Positions 11,620-24,640 of a DNA stretch of 64,000 bases are shown one piece after another. The stretch covers positions 18,044,001-18,108,000 of the forward strand of contig NC_045697.1 of the NCBI RefSeq assembly GCF_009834535.1, read 5' to 3'. Under the pieces are notes generated by a model that was given only the letters and a program-made list of their open reading frames with translations, did no database searches and had not been told where the DNA came from. Positions within the stretch are counted from its first letter, which is position 1; each line of letters starts with the position of its first letter. This stretch comes from Camelus ferus. Taxonomy: Eukaryota. Both the position numbers and the translations under genes were made by a program.

Positions 11620-12010
11620 TACACACTCAACACATATTTATCAAACTCCCACTCCATTTTAAGGCACTGGGTTGGCCCTGTGTCAACACAGAGAAAAGGC
11701 CAATACGTGCCCTCAGGAAGGTCACAGTCTATGAGAAAGGAAGACCAGGAGGTAGGTGGGTGGCTCCCTCACAGCAGGCCATGTGCAGGGCAGAGCTAGT
11801 CACAGCCCTGCCTTATGGGAGCACAGCAGAGGGGCATCCGGATTGGAGAGGTGGCCAAGAGGAGATGCACCTGAAGTTAGCCTTGAGGGATGACATTCAT
11901 GAGCTGAAGGGGAGGTAGGCAGATGGGGAAGTGGTGATGGTGGTGGGCGCTGTAAGAACATTCCAGGGAAAGGATCCAGCATGTGCAAAAGCAGAGTGGC
12001 CTGCTGGCCA
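11620..12010 (-). mobile_element. L2 LINE fragment
   Basis: cactcaacacatatttat...gccctcaggaaggtcacagtcta...cattccagggaaaggatccagcatgtgcaaaagc. Confidence 0.75.
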
Positions 12011-12789
12011 AGTCCAACACCACCATGTCCCTTGAGGTTTGGAATAAATACCTGTCGGATGTATGAATGATCAAACACAAATCTGATTTGATTTGAAGTC
12101 TGATTCCCTCCCTCCTTCTCCAAGGTGAGGTCTTCCCTGCTCCTTGAGTTCTGCATTGGATGTTATCAGAGTGGGCTGTGTGTGAGCTTGGCTGATCCAG
12201 GGAGCTACTGGGGTTGCCTGAGCCCAGCTGAATCTGGGGCAGGAAGGGCTGGCCAAACTTCTTCAGCCGAACGTTAATGTTAATTGACATTTGAATGTTG
12301 GAGGAAAAATTCCTGCAGAACCAGTCCTGGGTGTTTCATGAAGACCGGGGTGGGGTGGGTGGGTGGGGTATCCCAGAGTTGTTGCCTCTGACTGGTGTCA
12401 GGCCCAGGAGGGGACATGAGTGTAGGTCACAAGTAGTCCCTGTTAACTTTTGGCCACTTAATGTGCCTCCGTCCTGGCTTCCCCTCCGCCTTGACTCAGG
12501 AAGGACAGGCTTTCCTGCTTCCTTAGGGGCTTTCCTTCTCTCTCTGCCTCCCTCTCCATTCTCATCTCATGTAATCGTCACAGCCACCCCATGCAGTAAG
12601 CACAACAGATGAGAACACTTGGTCCTGGAGAGGTGAGCTGGCCATACATGGCCACTCAGCTGGTGGAAGGCAGAGCTGGGTTCCAAGCCTTGGCTTTTTT
12701 CTTCCCAGAATCTGTCCTCTTAGCAAGCACCCCAGACCTCTCCCTTTCAAACATGGTTGAGCCTCTCTAATGCCCTGGGTTAGCCATTG

Positions 12790-13035
12790 TCATAGTCAGT
12801 AATGATTTCATTTGTTTATTTGTTTCCATGCTGGGCCCCCTTTGCCTTGTTCATTGCCATGTCCCCAGGGCCTAGCTCAGTTCCTGGCACAGAGGAAACC
12901 TCTGGTAAACCTTGGCTGAAAGCCCAGTCTCATGAGGGCAGGGATTTTTTGCCTGTTTTGTTTTCCTGTTGTATCCTTCAGGCCTGGAATGGTGCCTGGC
13001 ACATAATAAATATTTGTTGAATGAACCAATGAATT
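12790..13035 (+). mobile_element. L2 3' end(s)
   Basis: catgagggcagggatttttt...gtgcctggcacataataaatatttgttgaatgaa. Confidence 0.85.
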
Positions 13036-13609
13036 GAAGGGACAAATGCTGGACTTTGGAGGCACAAAAACACATAAGCTTAGTCTTTACCTGGGGAAAC
13101 TCACCATTGAACGGAGGAGACAGGCATCAGCAGTTCATGCTGTAAGAACAGCCCACTGGCCCAGATTCCTGCTGCTGCACCATTGGGCTGCACGTTGTCA
13201 GCGCTAAGAAGTTTACAGATGCTTTTCCAGGAGCTCTGGATGCGGCAGGAGATAAGGCAGACAAAGTTCCTGCCTGCCAGGGGCTTATGTTCTCCTGGAA
13301 TCGTGTGATGTTTCGGTTTTGCTGTAAAATGAGTTGAATCGTGGCTCGTGATGAGACCAGCATCCTTTTCCCCCCAAACAGCCGGGCCATCAGCCAGTGG
13401 AAGACTGAGGCTTTGCTGGTGCCCCTTCCGCAGATGGAAGGCAAGGAGCCTGGTCCAGCTGCAGAGAGGAGAGCCCTGTACACACTGGAAGACGCCTGGG
13501 TGCCCGCAGTGCCGAGGAGCAGAACCAACCAGAAGTGGCTGGACTGAGCAAGTGCCAGGAAAGGCAGGGGAGCGTCCGGTGCAGCACGTGGGCTGGGAGG
13601 CAGGCCCCT

Positions 13610-13770
13610 TCTTAGCTTGGTGACCTGGGGTGCCTGGCCCCATCTCTCTGAGCCTCAGCTTCTTCATCTAAAAAATGGAGACAATAATACCTGGGCTGTA
13701 GGACAGGTTAAATGCAGCACAAGTGTCAAGCCCTTAACCCAGGGCAGCACAGGAAGTTGCTCAGTGAGGG
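13610..13770 (+). mobile_element. MIR SINE
   Basis: ctctctgagcctcagcttcttcatctaaaaaatggagacaataatacct. Confidence 0.85.
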
Positions 13771-14149
13771 GTTCTGGGGTTCAGAGGTCAGGGGTCATGC
13801 TGGGCGGTGCCAGCTGGGTCATCTCCATGGCCACTGCAGCAAGGCACGTTCTCAGCTAGAACAGGTCTGGGGAGCCAGTGGGTGCAGGACTGGCAATCAG
13901 TCTCACCCCCAGCCTCAATCATTTACAAATTCACTCATCCTACAGATATATTTACGTATATTTACTATTAAATTCCAGCTTAACCAGAAAACACTGATTA
14001 ATTAAGCACTCAACAACCCATTAAATTTTAGGCTCGACTTTTCTAGGAAGCCATTTTGCAGCACAGCGTGGGATTAGTCAGTGTTCACACAGGGGGATTC
14101 TGACTAAAGGTCATTTCAGATTCTCAGTCAGTGAATAAAGGTCCACGTG

Positions 14150-15020
14150 CCCTCGGGAAGCCCACGCACTAGGGTATTAACTACGTGCAGGGCACTGACC
14201 TGGGCATCTGGGCTCCTGCCTGCAAGGAGCTTGTTTTTTAAAGGAAGAGACAGATAATAGACAAACAAATAACTCTGCAGATGGTGACAAGTGCTTGGAA
14301 GAAAAACTAGATACTGGAGGAGGAGGGGAGTAGAAAGCAAAGGATATCCTGCCAGGGTGGCCGGGGAAGGCTTCTCTGAGTGGGTGGCATTGGAGCAGAG
14401 ACCTGAATCCAGGGATGGAGGGGGCCGCGTGGATGCACAGGGCACAGGTACCTGTGGGTGCTAGTCAGCTTATGTATATAACAGCAATTACTCAGCAAGT
14501 GCTGCTGCCCTGGGACTCCATGATGTTAGTGGAATTGATAGTCTCTGAGGATGTGAATGTCTCCAGGTATCCAGGAGATGAGCTTCTTGTGTCAGACAAG
14601 GAGGAAGAACGGTGGAGTGAAATCGTGGAGCCATGTGGATAGTGGGGAAGCTCTTTCCTGGGCAGAGAGAACACCAAGTGAAAAGCTATGAGATGGAAAT
14701 GTGCTTGACATGGTCAAGGAGCAGCAAGGAAGGCAGTGAGCCAGCACGCCTGGGAGGAAAGCAAGAGGGGCAGGCGTGAGGCCAGAGGTTCAGACCCCAT
14801 AACACTTTCTAGGTCATGTGTAGAATTTGGGGTTTGTTCTGAGCAGGACAGGAGCCACTGGAGGGCTTTAGGTTGCCAAAGGCTCATTCTGACTGCTGTG
14901 TGGAGGGTAGGTGGGGTACAGGATGGGCTGGTGGATGAGACAGGAAGCAGGGAGGCCAGGTAGGAGATATTGCAGTGGTCCCATGGGGCTGGTGGTAGCA
15001 GTGGGGCAAGTAAGAGGAGG
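14150..15020 (-). mobile_element. L2 LINE fragments
   Basis: gggaaggcttctctgag...gagcagagacctgaa; ggagccactggagggcttt; gatattgcagtggtcca. Confidence 0.8.
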
Positions 15021-15265
15021 GAAATCAGACCCCTTGAGTGGTCGTGGTGGGTGGGTGGGGCTGGGCAGGGCTGGGCAGGGCTGGTATCCCTTTGTTGGTG
15101 TTGAGGGTGGATGGGGTTGGCCGTCACAGATCACTGGGGTTGGATAAATGCAAACTGCAGTCTCAGATGCTCTGCTCCTGTTGTCTGAGGCTGTCTTGCT
15201 CTCCTGTGCCTTTGTGAGCCTGCTGGGAGGGCACCCACTTCCTGAGCATCCTCCGAAGAGAGGGC

Positions 15266-15659
15266 TGTATTTGTTGGCTAGGGCTGCCATAACCAAGTGC
15301 CACACACTGGGGGCTCAAACAGCAGAAATGTGTCATCTCATGGTTCTGGAGGCTGGAAGTTCAAAATCAAGGTGTTAGCAGGGTTGGTTCCTTCCGAGAG
15401 AAGGATCTATCCCACGCTTCTCTCCTTGGCTTGTAGATGGCTTTCTTCTCCCTGCGTCTTCACATCATCTTCCCTCTGTGTCCAGATCTCCTCCTCTTAC
15501 AAGGACATCAGTGGTATTGGATTCGGGACACCCATATGATTTCATTTTAATTTATTTATCTCTTTAAAGACCCCATCTCCAAGTACGGCTGTATTCTGAT
15601 GTGCTGGGTGGTTAGGACCCCCCATGAAATTTTGGTGGGACACAGTTCAGCCCATAACA
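15266..15659 (-). mobile_element. MLT1 (MaLR) solo LTR, MLT1B-like
   Basis: TG...CA termini: tgtatttgttggctagggctgccataacc...ggacacagttcagcccataaca. Confidence 0.92.
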
Positions 15660-16339
15660 ATGACCCCCGAACCCTGGGATGGGGTTTGGTGCTGGTTGGT
15701 TGGTTCACTTAAAGCTCAAAAGGCTGGGTTCGCTCTACCTGCAGCCCCTTTCCTGCAGGTTTGCTCCTCCAGTAGCCCGCCTTCCGTTTCACCTCCTTCC
15801 CCCTCCCCCTGAGCTCGGGAGCTTGGAAACCCGGGACAGAAGCAGCCTGAGTAGACTATTGTTGTTATTGTCTGCCTTCCTTCCTCATCTGTTAGCCAGG
15901 CAGCCCAGCCCCAGGGGTGGGTGGCACTTTTCCTGGTAGGGATGGCCCTGAGGCAGTTGCACAAGATGTCAAGGCAGATCCCACGGCAATGCTGGGCTCC
16001 AGGGAGCGTGGGAAGCCTGGTGTGCCCTGTGGACCTTCAGTGCTTGGCCATCTCAGGATCCATATTATCCTAATTTCCTTTTGTTGTTGATTTTGGCTTT
16101 GGATGACCTAAAATTCTATTGTGACAAGGCAAAGGGTGTAAAATAGTTCACACACTATCTGAGGAGTAATAGATGCATAATGCACAGTACTGTTATTATT
16201 ACAATCTGCCTTCACCTTCTTTTCTTTAGAAAAGGACTTGAAGATGGTCACACCCTCAGAAGCTACCAATTATGCCGAAGCCATTGAGTCCCAGGGCACT
16301 AGCCTTTGTTGAATAGTCACTGTGTTATACCTGTCATAG

Positions 16340-16500
16340 GATTCATTCCCATATGTAATTGTATGAAGTGGGCATTTTCTTCCTCATTTGACATAGGAAA
16401 ACTGAGGCTCTGAGAGATGAATTGGTTCAGGTTGACACAAATAGGAAGGGGAAGAGGAGGGATTTGAACTTAGGCACTGGAGCTAGAACCCAAAATGTTT
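16340..16500 (-). mobile_element. MIR SINE
   Basis: ggaaaactgaggctctgagaga...gggatttgaact. Confidence 0.75.
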
Positions 16501-16690
16501 TCACCTCATTCTTTTCTGTTCCTGTCTGATGCAAGCAGCTCATATCTTTGCTCAGCATTGTAGCATCAGCTCAGATTATGAGGCTGCAAAGGATAAAGGT
16601 CCCTTTGATGGCTGACAAGGAAAAATAATTTGGAAGACTTCCACTATGATCATTGGGTATTTGCTTTCTCCTCCTGGAAATTATACAAAA

Positions 16691-16692
<2 letters not shown>

Positions 16693-16773
<81 letters not shown>
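16693..16773. repeat. (AAT)27 perfect microsatellite
   Basis: Uninterrupted aat run of 81 bp. Confidence 0.98.
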
Positions 16774-16778
<5 letters not shown>

Positions 16779-17299
16779 CCCTCTCTTTATCTTGAATCCC
16801 TCTCATAATTCTTGTTTTCAGAAAAGCAAGAGGTAGAAATAATCCGCAAACTCTAACCCATAAGGACTGCCCCAAACAACTGAGATAAGAATTGCCTGGA
16901 AGCAAGTACAGAAGAAGCAGCCAGTCTAGTGAGAAGGCCCAGGGGTGTCACACCTCAGAAAGTGCCAGCAAAAATATGCTTCCTGAAGGGAAGGGGCTCA
17001 CCCTAAAGTGCAAAGGCCGTAGCCTTTCTTTGCAACCACTTGTGAGGGAACTGGGCTCTGCTGGGAGCAGCTCTCCTAGACCTAGCTATATTCAGAGACA
17101 CAGTGGAAGCAATATTGTAGAAATACGCTGGAAGCCATTTTTGCAGGAAGAAGTTTGTCTTTGTGGCAGCAGAGAACTTTTGTGTTTTGAAGCCTGCAGA
17201 GCTATCCTGACCCCTTCCTGCCCCTTCCCAATGGGTAGTCTGGGAAAATGCAGCCCATTACATAATTAGTATTAAAAAAAAAGAACTGGCACAGCATTT

Positions 17300-18481
17300 A
17301 TACAAAGATCTTATGAGAAAAAAAATCTGGAAAAGAGAAGCAAAATCAGTTAACAGGCAAAAAACACTTACCTGAAAAAAACCATATGACAGGATAAATT
17401 CCAAAGAGATCAAAGATTTTATTATACAAATAAAATCATAAAAATGTAGAAGAAAACATGGAATCATTTATTTCTAATTTTAAAATGTTATTAATATCAT
17501 TAACAAAGACAACGAATGAGGCAAAATTTTAGCATAAATGAAGGGCTAATCTCCCTTATGGATATAAACCCTCCCAGAAATTGATGATGACAACAGCAAC
17601 AAAAACCCAAGGTTCATCTGAAAAAAATGAGCAAAAAACTAACTAAACAAAAGAACAGGTAGTTTAGCGCATAGAAAGGACAGTTGGTTCTTAAATCAAT
17701 GGAAAGATGCTCAACCTCACTTGTAATAAAGAAAAATAAGTGAAATGATAATGTGCTATCATTTTTCATCTCTCAGATTGGCGAGACATCACAAATTTGG
17801 TCATGCACTCTGCCGGTGAGGTTGGGGGAGGACAGACACTCTCATGCTTTGCTGTTGGGAAGGTAAATGGGTTCAGTCCCTGAGTGAGGACATGTGGAAA
17901 TAGGATGCTTGGATCATCTGACTCACCACCTCTACTTCTGGGAATTTATGCTGCAGATACTTGTGAGCGTACAGAATGACGTATGTACAAGGTCATTCAC
18001 TGTGGCCTTATTTAAACTTCAAGAGAGTGGAAACAACAAAACTGTGTATTAGAGTCTGGTAAAATAAATGACAGTTCATTCATATAACTGAATATTGTCT
18101 GGCTGAAAAAATGAATGAGAACACTATGGGATGACAAGGAAAAAATTCTAAAATGTATTGCTACATGAAAAAACAAGGTGCAGAAGAATATCTTTTGGAA
18201 AATGCTAACTTTTGGTTAAGGAAATGAGAGTAATAAGAATACATGTTCATATTTGCATATATGCAGATACAAACACATGTCATATGTGTATATACTTGCG
18301 TCTATACATACATATACATAGAGAGAGAAATTCGGAAAAGATACACGAGGGACTAACAACACTGGTTTCCCAGAGGTGGAGGGGGCAGAGGTTGGGTATT
18401 AAGTACATGGCCGTAGGCATTGGGGGAGATTTCCACTTTATGCCTTCGTGCATCATTTAACCATGTGTGTATTAATGTATT
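17300..18481 (+). mobile_element. Old LINE-1 (L1ME-like) ORF2 end and 3' UTR
   Basis: aagatgctcaacctcacttgtaataaagaaa; cagattggc; ctacttctgggaatttatg; acaaggtcattcactgtggc. Confidence 0.85.
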
Positions 18482-18884
18482 TGTAGTAGCTTCCTAGGGC
18501 TGCTGTAACAAATGACCACAAACTTGGGGCCTTAGAACAGCTGCAATTTATTCTCTCACAGTTCTGGGGGCCCGATGCTAGCAGGGCAGCACTCCTTCTG
18601 AAGGCTCTAGGAGGGAGACTTCTTTGCCTCGTCCAGCTGTTCACCGGCTTATAGATGACATCACCCCAATCTCTTACTCTCCTTCACATTTTCTCCTCTG
18701 TTTCTACATACTATCCTTTTAGAAGGGCATCGGTCATTGGGTTTAGGGATCATTCGAAATCCAGAATGATTTCCTTTTGAGATCCTTAACTAACTGCAGC
18801 AGCAGACTCTATTTTCAAAGAGCATCATATTGTGAGGTTTTGGGTGGACATGAATTTGGGGGGAACACAATTCAATCTAATACA
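18482..18884 (-). mobile_element. MLT1 (MaLR) solo LTR inserted in the L1ME 3' end
   Basis: tgtagtagcttcctagggctgctgtaacaaatgaccacaaacttgg...acacaattcaatctaataca; near-TSD gtatt/ctatt. Confidence 0.92.
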
Positions 18885-19375
18885 CTATTCAAAAATAAGT
18901 GATTTGTTTAAAAAGAAAAAATACAACCATTGTGAAATAAAGCAAAGCTCATGTTTGCAAACAAACAAACAAAAATAGTTTTTAAAAAAATTTAGCAGTT
19001 CTAGGTTAAGCAAGCGTCAAAGCTGGCATAAAAGGGAAATCTACTCTATAAGTAAAACACAGTTTAACAGAAGCCATCCTGCTTCTCAACACTGTTTACC
19101 CATCTCAGAGGATAAAGAGAGCTGAAAGTGAATGAAAATATATTCAGCATCCATTGAGCATAAAGAGACAATTGAATAGGCTCAAGTTCTGTCAATAGGG
19201 GGCCAGTTAACTAGATTTATGCTTAGTTTGTGTCGTGGAAAATGGTTATAGGCTTCTATGCACCACGTCTAAGAGTGTCTCTGAAAGTCTTTACTGTGAA
19301 TGTGAAGGGTTTGCATCTCAAGACTGGGGTCATGGCATTTTGAGAAGCATATCTAAGAAAAAGGTGTTTGGGCAT

Positions 19376-19485
19376 TGTCTGAGTCTGCTCCGACTGCCAT
19401 AACAAAAAAATCACAAACTGAGTGGCTCAAACAACAGAAACTAATTTCTCACATTCTGGAGGCTGGAAAGTCCAAGATCAGGACT
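19376..19485 (-). mobile_element. Partial MLT1A-like LTR
   Basis: tgtctgagtctgctccgactgccataacaaaa...ctcacattctggaggctggaaagtccaagatcagg. Confidence 0.85.
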
Positions 19486-19519
19486 CAAAAAAAAAGTATC
19501 CTTCAAGAAGGGCTCTTTG

Positions 19520-19700
19520 GATTGAAGGGACTTGGGGTCAGGCAGGTCAGGCTTCCCATCCCAGCTCCAGCACTTGGCAGCAGTAGGATTTGGGGCAAGC
19601 TGCCTCCCTTTGTTGAACCTCTATTTTCTCAACTGTAAAATGGGAATATAACAGCCCTGCTTGAGTTCTTAAGGAATTATATAAGATGAGGTCTGTGGCT
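19520..19700 (+). mobile_element. MIR SINE
   Basis: cccagctccagcactt...gaacctctattttctcaactgtaaaatgggaata. Confidence 0.8.
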
Positions 19701-21209
19701 ATTATTATTATTATCAATAATAAAAAAATGCACAGAGGAAACTTTGCCAAGTGCTGAGCGGAAGTCTAGAAAGTATTAAGCAAGTGATGGATGGCACTGG
19801 GAAAGGACCATTACCTGAAGGCAGAGATGCCCAATTTAGAACAATAGCTAGTTTGCCCTGACTGAGCATGGAGTGCAAAACTTCCTCCATTTAACAAACA
19901 TTTGAAATTTATATCCCAGGAATAACAGAATTTAGAGACACTGACACCCATTTAAAGCATAATGAACACTTTTTCACTGTGATGGAGAAGAAATACAACC
20001 TTGACTGGTAATCTACACCCTGGAGTCTGCAGCTTTGTTCTAACACTTGCCCAAACCGCGCCCCCGACTTGGAGGGAGTGTACATCAGCTCTGGGGCTCA
20101 GAAGTACCTGGTTTAACTTTGTTCACTGGCAAGAGGTCTTCCTTTGTGGGGCCCCTTTAGGAGAGAGAGCTTTGGTGCATCTTCTCATAAGAACAGAGTG
20201 GATGTCTCATTCAATGGACTCATTAAGGAATCATTCTAGAGAAAACACGGGGAAGAAGGAAAAGAACTGAAACTTCCATTTTCTCAGCCTGCTTATAGAA
20301 CAGAAAGAAGACCCTTTTCAGATGTATTTCTTCACTGGGAGGAAAAATATTACTGAGTTTTGACTCAGAATTTCCTTGTGTTGGGGTAAAATAATAGCTT
20401 TTCCACTTAAAGTCTTTTTGACCTCCCTCTCCTCTCTCTACCTTTGTCTTAGAACGTGTTAAGCAGGGGTTAAGTGAGAGATGGCACTGGAAAGGTTGGT
20501 TGGGACCAAGTTTCTCTCTAATTCTGTGCACAATAGACAAGCCTGGATTTTTTCTGAGCAGGAGAAGTGTAACTGCAGTGGAAAAAGCCTGGGTCTCATT
20601 AGTGGTGTGGCCCCCGGTATGACACCAGACTTCTTTGTAGAATGGGAACAACATACCTTTCACGGACTATTGGGGAGTCCTGTGTGCTGGAGTACTCGGT
20701 AAACTGCAAAACTGTTATTTGGTGCTCTCACCCATCAGAGGTCCCTTTGGGAAAGATTAACCAGGCAAAGGGGTGTAGGCTGGGTTGGAGTGGAGACCCA
20801 AGGGAGCTGGGACAAATGCTGGTGGTCACTGTGGTGGTCATGGACAAGGACTGCTGAGGAGGACAGGGGTACACAGCAGGAGGCAGGGTAGATAGGAATG
20901 ATGCTGCAGTAGAGGGATGGTCCATGTGATGTAATATCCCATGGAGAGAAGACAATATAACCACTGCAGGTTTGGGGCTGGGTGATGGGGAATTATAAAC
21001 TACAACACAGATGCACGGGACAAAGAGGACCAGTAGGTCTGGAGGAAAAGGTGATATGTTCATTTTGGGCTGTGTTTAGTTGAAGGTGCCTTGAGATGTT
21101 GGTCAGGAAGACGGACATAAAAGAAAAACTTGGAGGAGGGGGTGGTAGCGATGACTAGAGTCGAAGGAGCGTCTAGACTCCCTGAAAAAGCCAGAGCTTT
21201 GAGTGCAGT

Positions 21210-21430
21210 GTTTGAGCACACAGGCCCCACAGTCAGACTGCTTGACCAGGAATTTATTTACCTTGGGCTGTTGCATAATCCTCTCTTTGCCTCAGTTTTC
21301 TCCTCTGTTAAAAAGGGGGTGAAAACCAGAATCTATTTCATTGGATTGCCTTGGAGAATAAATGAAGCTGTAGGTATGTAGCTGTTAGAATTATGCCTGG
21401 CACACAGCAAGCACTCAATAAAAAGCTATT
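21210..21430 (+). mobile_element. MIR SINE
   Basis: gcctcagttttctcctctgttaaaa...tgcctggcacacagcaagcactcaataaa. Confidence 0.85.
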
Positions 21431-21599
21431 CTTAAAATTCACCAATCAAAGGGTTCGTTTACTTGGGGGCTCATCATAGAAGCTTTCTCCACATATAGTT
21501 TACAACTAAACACCAAACGTGGGCTTTTGTATTATCGTGGAAGGCAAAGTTGCGTTCAAATACACGAAGGCTCCTTAAAGAAGGACTTAAGATCTCTGG

Positions 21600-21930
21600 C
21601 ATTAATTACAAATTTCAAGACATAAAAGTGTTGCCCAAATCTAAGAGTCACTGCTTTGAAATGCAAGATCTGTGAAACTGAAGCCTGCCAATGGAAATGC
21701 AAATTCTTCAAACATTTCCGTTTACCTGTGACTCAGGGCTGAAATCAAGATCCACTCCTTCACTTGTGAAAGCGCGTAAGCCATTGGTTTTGACCATGGT
21801 CAGACAAACCAGTCGTGGTGAGTGAATCTGGCTGTAGATCTTCCTTTCTCCGGATGCCTCTGACAGGAGCTCTGATCTTTCTCAATTGTAAATGGATGCA
21901 TATGCATATTGAAATATTGACATTCACAGG
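21600..21930. promoter_or_regulatory. Candidate enhancer (POU/AP-1 motif cluster) in a repeat-free island
   Basis: ATGCAAAT 21697-21704, TGACTCA 21729-21735, TGACCATGGTCA 21791-21802, ATGCATATGCAT 21896-21907. Confidence 0.45.
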
Positions 21931-22099
21931 ACACCAGCAAAGGGACTGAGCCTCTGGCGGCCTGCCATCTTTGCTTGTTGCTTTAATAACTGAGTGTAAC
22001 TGCAAAGACTTTTCATATCTACTAAATATTTATGAGGATTGGCTATAAGTTAATGAAGCAGTTTTTGTTTTTGTTTTTGTTTTTTAGTTTTAGTAAACA

Positions 22100-22400
22100 A
22101 ATATTCCAGAGACAAGCATTCAAATGAATGAGCCATTTGGAAGAGCCACTGGGACACCTTTAGGGATGCTCTGAACACTTTGGAACATCTTTTTGAGAAT
22201 TGCCTTCCTAGGTTTTAGCACCTTCTTTCAGATATCCTCTCTGGTGAAGAATCTTTTCCTTTAAAGGGGATGTAAGTTTTTCAAAAGACATGGAAGTTAT
22301 TCAGATTTCATTGAGGTCTTACCATTTTTGTTCAAAAACAAAGTGTCACTAATATAACAAGACTATGCCTGGATCATAAGCTGGCTTGGAAGGCAACCTC
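22100..22400. mobile_element. MARNA-like TcMar-Mariner fossil
   Basis: gaacactttggaacatctttttgagaattgccttc...gatatcctctctggtg..aatcttttcctttaaagggg...accatttttgttcaaaaacaaagtgtcact resembles the recalled MARNA consensus. Confidence 0.7.
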
Positions 22401-22460
22401 TAAAGCAAACTTCACAAAGTGACCCTTGATTTTTCCCAGAAACAACAGATAGTCTTATTT

Positions 22461-22556
22461 GCGGGTAACCGACCTGTCTGGGGTTTCCGGGAATCTTTCC
22501 GGCTTTAGCACTGAAAGTCTGCATTCCTGGGCAAACCAGGGTGACTGGTCACCCTG
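22461..22556. mobile_element. MER81-like hAT-Blackjack MITE
   Basis: Inverted ends gggtaacc / ggtcaccc and internal ctttagcactgaaagtc. Confidence 0.8.
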
Positions 22557-23002
22557 TATGCGGCAGGCATATTCCTCCAGGTAACACGACTTTGACCTTG
22601 TTCCTGTGACTCAATAATACGGGCGTTTCTCTTCCTAGCTTCCTTCCTGTGGGTACAGGCTCCTAGCATTGCTGCTGGAGGACAACATGGATTTCGTGCC
22701 TCTTTGCTTTTTTGTTGGTACCTTCGAAGTTTTCACTGTTATTCGGAGCCATGTTTGCAGTTCCTTCTTGGTTTGTAGTTCCTGCCTCTTGGTAATGTTT
22801 CTGCTTACACTGAGCCAGTTCATGTGGTCCAGAAGTGGATTCAAGTTTCTAGACTGAGCTCTGCATTGATTAGCCGTGAATCCCTTAGCCTTTCTGACCC
22901 TGTGTCCTTATCTGGCAAATAGGAAAAAATAGGTGCCTTTACTATTTCATAAGGTCAAGGTGGGGGTAAAAATGATAATATACGTGAGTTGCAAAGTTAT
23001 TA

Positions 23003-23780
23003 ATTTTTTATTGAGGTATAAGTTTCAGGTGTACAACATAATGATTCAAAATACGTGTATATTGTGAAATGATCACCAAAGGAAGTCTAGTTAACATACG
23101 TCTCCATACAGAGTTACACATATCTTTCCTGTGATCTACTCTCTTAGCAACTTTCAAATATGTAATATGATGTTATTAATTATAGTTACCATGTTGTATA
23201 TTACATCTGGAGGACTTACTTATTTTGACCACTTTTACCCATTTTGCCCACCCTTACCCATTTTGCCCACCCTCAACCCCTCACCTCTGGCAAACACCAG
23301 TCTGTTCTCTGTATCTATCAGTTTGTTTCTGCTTTGTTTTAAGATTCCATATGTAAGTGAGATCATACAGTATTTGTCTTTCTCTGACATTTCACTTATT
23401 ATAATGCCCCCAAGGTCTAGCCATGATATTGCAAATGATAGGATCTCCTTTTTAAATGACTGAATAGTATTTCATATATATATTCTACATTTGCCTTATC
23501 CATTCACCTGTCAATGGACACTTACGTTGCTTTCATGTCTTAGCTATTTAAGTAATGCTGCAATGAACACAGGGGTGCAAATATCTTTTCCAGTTAGCGT
23601 TTTTGTTTCTTTTGGACGTATACCCAGAAGGATGATTACTGGATTATATGGTAGTTCTATTTAAAATTTTATTGAGGAACCCCCACACTGTTTTCTATAG
23701 TAGCTGCACCAATTTATAGTCCTGCCAACAGTGCACAGGGTTTCTTTTTTTCCCACATTCTCACCAACATTTGTTATTAA
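23003..23780 (-). mobile_element. LINE-1 3' end (L1MA-like)
   Basis: ttttttattgaggtataagtttcaggtgtacaacataatgattc...gatctactctcttagcaactttcaaata...gctgcaccaattta; contains a 19-bp tandem duplication at 23235-23272. Confidence 0.93.
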
Positions 23781-24379
23781 TTTTAACAATTATTGAATGC
23801 CTGCTTCATTCAAGACCTTCCAGAGACTCAAAATCCTGGAGGGAAACAGACATACATACATGCAGATAGGTAACTGACCACTAGATGATGTCTGTAGTTC
23901 TGTGATGGTCATGTGAACAAGGTTCTAGGTCTTCAAAGGAAAGGCTGACTAACTCCACTTGGGATCCTCTGGGAGGCTGCTCAGAGCAGGTGATGCTTGA
24001 ATTGGACCCTGAATGATGACAGAGGAAATGGCATGAGCAAGACACAGAAGTGGCAAGTCTGGGACATGTTTGGGGAATTGTGCATTCAGGGTGAGGCAGG
24101 ATGGAGCCAGAGCTTGAAGGATCTTAAGTACTAAAATGGCAAATGTGAACTTTATCAGGGTTTTGACCTCATCAGATCCTTCTGGCTTGGTGGGGAGGTT
24201 GCAATTGACTTTAAGAAGCAGGACATGGGGAGAACAGTTATTGACATTTATTGTGTTCACCTGGGAAGGCTAGGGTAGAGTAAATGAGGATGATGACAAG
24301 GGGAAGGGAGAGGAGAAGAGGGATTAAAGTGTCCTCCTCATCAGTAATGTCCCCTTGTTGGAGAGGCCTGGTTTGACAA

Positions 24380-24640
24380 GTCTGTATGAAATACTCATAT
24401 ACCCCACCTCACTTGTTTTCCTTAACTTCCTATATTTTCATCCTTAGCATCGGTACCGTCTGTCATAATATATATTTACTTTTTATGTGCTTATATCTAT
24501 TTCTCCCCCTAGAATGGAAGTTCCATCAGGGCAGGGCTTCTGTCTTATTCTTAGCTACATCCTTGGTGTTGGAACAGTGTCTGGTATGCAGTAGGGGGTG
24601 CTTGATACATATTTACCAATTAAAAAAATAAATAAGTAAC
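24380..24640 (+). mobile_element. L2 3' end
   Basis: ctccccctagaatggaagttccatcagggcagggc...ggaacagtgtctggtatgcagtagg. Confidence 0.8.

Noticed and set aside
16630..16905. Poly-Asn / poly-Ile ORFs
   Set aside because: Artefact of the (AAT)27 microsatellite
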